A stretch of DNA of 64,000 nucleotides from Octopus sinensis (lineage: Eukaryota), in contig NC_042998.1 of assembly GCF_006345805.1 (NCBI RefSeq), forward strand, positions 48,794,001 through 48,858,000, given 5' to 3'. The notes beneath the pieces were generated by a model. The model saw only the letters and a program-made list of their open reading frames with translations, made no database searches and had not been told where the DNA came from. The position numbers and the translations under genes are program-made. Positions 61,946-64,000 of this stretch are shown here, one piece after another. Every line of letters begins with the position of its first letter. Positions within the stretch are counted from its first letter, which is position 1.

Positions 61946-62587
61946 TACATATTTGCATATATATGCATACATATATTTCTATGCTCACATACATATATTC
62001 ATGCATATGCAGATGCATATAAATATATGTATCTGCATATATATGTGCATGTATATATATGCACACACACACATACACATTCTCTTTCTCCCTCTCTCAT
62101 AGACACACACACACCACACATAATTTGACAATAGTTTAAGTAAATTATCATATGAGTTACACCTTCACCTTCATAATTATTACAAAAGCTTTAGATCAGC
62201 TGAGCAGCTCTAATTCAATGGATGTTGCTCCCTCTGTTGTATTGGTTTAAGACAATTTGATTTATCGAATTTTACATCATTATACCAGTTTGGCAAACTG
62301 ATAGTGGGTAGGTGGTAATTGATGGAGAGGAAAGGGTTAGTAAAAAAAAAGAGGTATGGGTGATTAAAGAGGGGAAAGAATATGGAGGGAGATGTGAGAG
62401 TGTTGTTAGGTATTGAAACAAAGCTTACAGGTACAGTGAGAGATGAGGGAGAGAGAAGAATCATGGTGAGAAGCGAGAATTGAATACTTAGAGGAGAAGT
62501 GAATCATTGGTAAAAAATATCAGAAATTAAATGCTGTGAGAATTATTTGGAGGAAATGAGTATCAAGGGAAGTTAAAGTCAAAGACT

Positions 62588-62657
<70 letters not shown>

Positions 62658-62667
62658 CGGACGGACG

Positions 62668-62698
<31 letters not shown>

Positions 62699-62777
62699 AG
62701 GCGGGCAGGCGGCGAACGGACGGATGGACGGCAAACGGATGGCTAGATGGACGGACAGACAGACAACTGGATGGACT

Positions 62778-62821
<44 letters not shown>

Positions 62822-62957
62822 GTCAGACTGACAGATAGACAGATAAACAGACAGAAGGACAGACAGATAGATAGATAAGTAGATGGATAAATAGAGAGAG
62901 AGAGATAAGTAGTGAGAGACAGACAGATAGATAGATAAATAGATAGATGGATGGATG

Positions 62958-63028
<71 letters not shown>

Positions 63029-63030
63029 GC
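61825..63030. repeat. (GATA)n arrays (61825-61945, 62585-63030) with GACA/GGAC/GA mosaics
   Basis: Direct reading. Confidence 0.92.
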
Positions 63031-63639
63031 AGAGTGAGAGAGATGGGGGGTATAAGGAAAGATGACAGAGAGTAAATTATAGAAAAGGAAGTGAAAAGAT
63101 TATTTTGGTGGGTAGTAGATAAGAGAAAATAAGGAACAGATAAGAAACAGGTAAGTAAGAGAGAGAGAGACAGAATTAAAGGAGACAAGTAAGTGAAAGG
63201 AGAGAGAAAGGTAGAGAGAGAGAGAGAGAGAGAGGGAGGGAGAAGGAGAGAGACAGACAGACTGGCAGATTGAGAGTTAGACAGGCAGGCAGGCAGGCAG
63301 GAAGGCATGCAGACAGAAAGACAGATGAAGCTGAATATAAATAATGGTGGAGAGCAAATTCCCTGGAAGAGAACCGAAAGTGAAATGTGTTAATTATATG
63401 AAAGATGAGTAAATAACAATGGACGAAAGGGAAGGAGGTGGGGGACGTGGAGGAGGCAGGAAACAAAATATAACAAGGAAATATAATTAGAGGATATGTG
63501 AGAAACATAAGCCTTAGCCAGGCATAAAGAGAATGACCATTAGATAAATATATATGGAGGTGGTGAGGAGGTGAGCAAAGGAAAAAACGCTAAATTATAT
63601 ATATATTTTTTTGTTGTTGATTTTGATTTTTTCATTTCA

Positions 63640-64000
63640 TTTTACTTGTTTCCGTTATTGGATTGTGGCCATGCTGGGGCACCACCTTGAAGGGTTTTTA
63701 ATCGAAGAAATCAATCCCAGTGTTTATTTTTTTAAGCCTTGTTGGTTTCTTTTGCTGAACTGCTAGGTTTTGGGGATGTGAACAAACCAGCACTGGTCGT
63801 CAAGCTGTGGTGAAGAAGAAACACAAAGATACACACACATACATACATATAGAGATAAATATTGAGACCCCCTTTGGTCATGAATGACTGTGGGATTGCA
63901 CCTAGAAAGTTACCCTCCTAGGCACAAGTCTGGGCAAGGTTGTTTATGGAAGACCAGCAATCGCCCATGCATACCAGCCTCCCCTCTCCACACCATCAGT
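63640..64000 (-). mobile_element. Family B tail (63640-63830) and family D SINE 3' part (63864-64000, cut by the window edge)
   Basis: Reverse complements of the respective families. Confidence 0.85.

Overview
Eukaryotic, very repeat-dense DNA, most likely from an octopod cephalopod. That assignment is an inference from the tRNA-derived SINE families and the extreme (TA)n/(CA)n/(GATA)n load. I can identify no intact host protein-coding gene, rRNA, true tRNA gene or CRISPR array. Almost all ORFs in the supplied track are microsatellite or antisense artefacts. The supportable coding remnants are all transposon-derived: an R4/Dong-like RLE LINE 3' end (2320-3090), a young 5'-truncated CR1 LINE (3213-4705), a decayed Ginger/GIN-type integrase (about 25230-26553, minus), a mariner (51102-52596) and RTE fragments. 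The rest is at least four SINE families, several MITEs (some with readable TSDs), Helitron-type fragments and microsatellites. The most interesting signal is a set of hammerhead-ribozyme (HHR) motifs. Three unrelated fold-back elements embedded in (TA)n (44040-44257, 47197-47476, 50331-50716) have an HHR core at the hairpin apex; two look intact or nearly so. A tRNA-headed SINE (34409-34650) carries an HHR two to three substitutions from canonical, and several more relics occur. A second large-scale signal is a CpG-decay and orientation switch near 42-45 kb, which suggests the right third lies inside a methylated gene body. SINE family labels A-D are my own working names.
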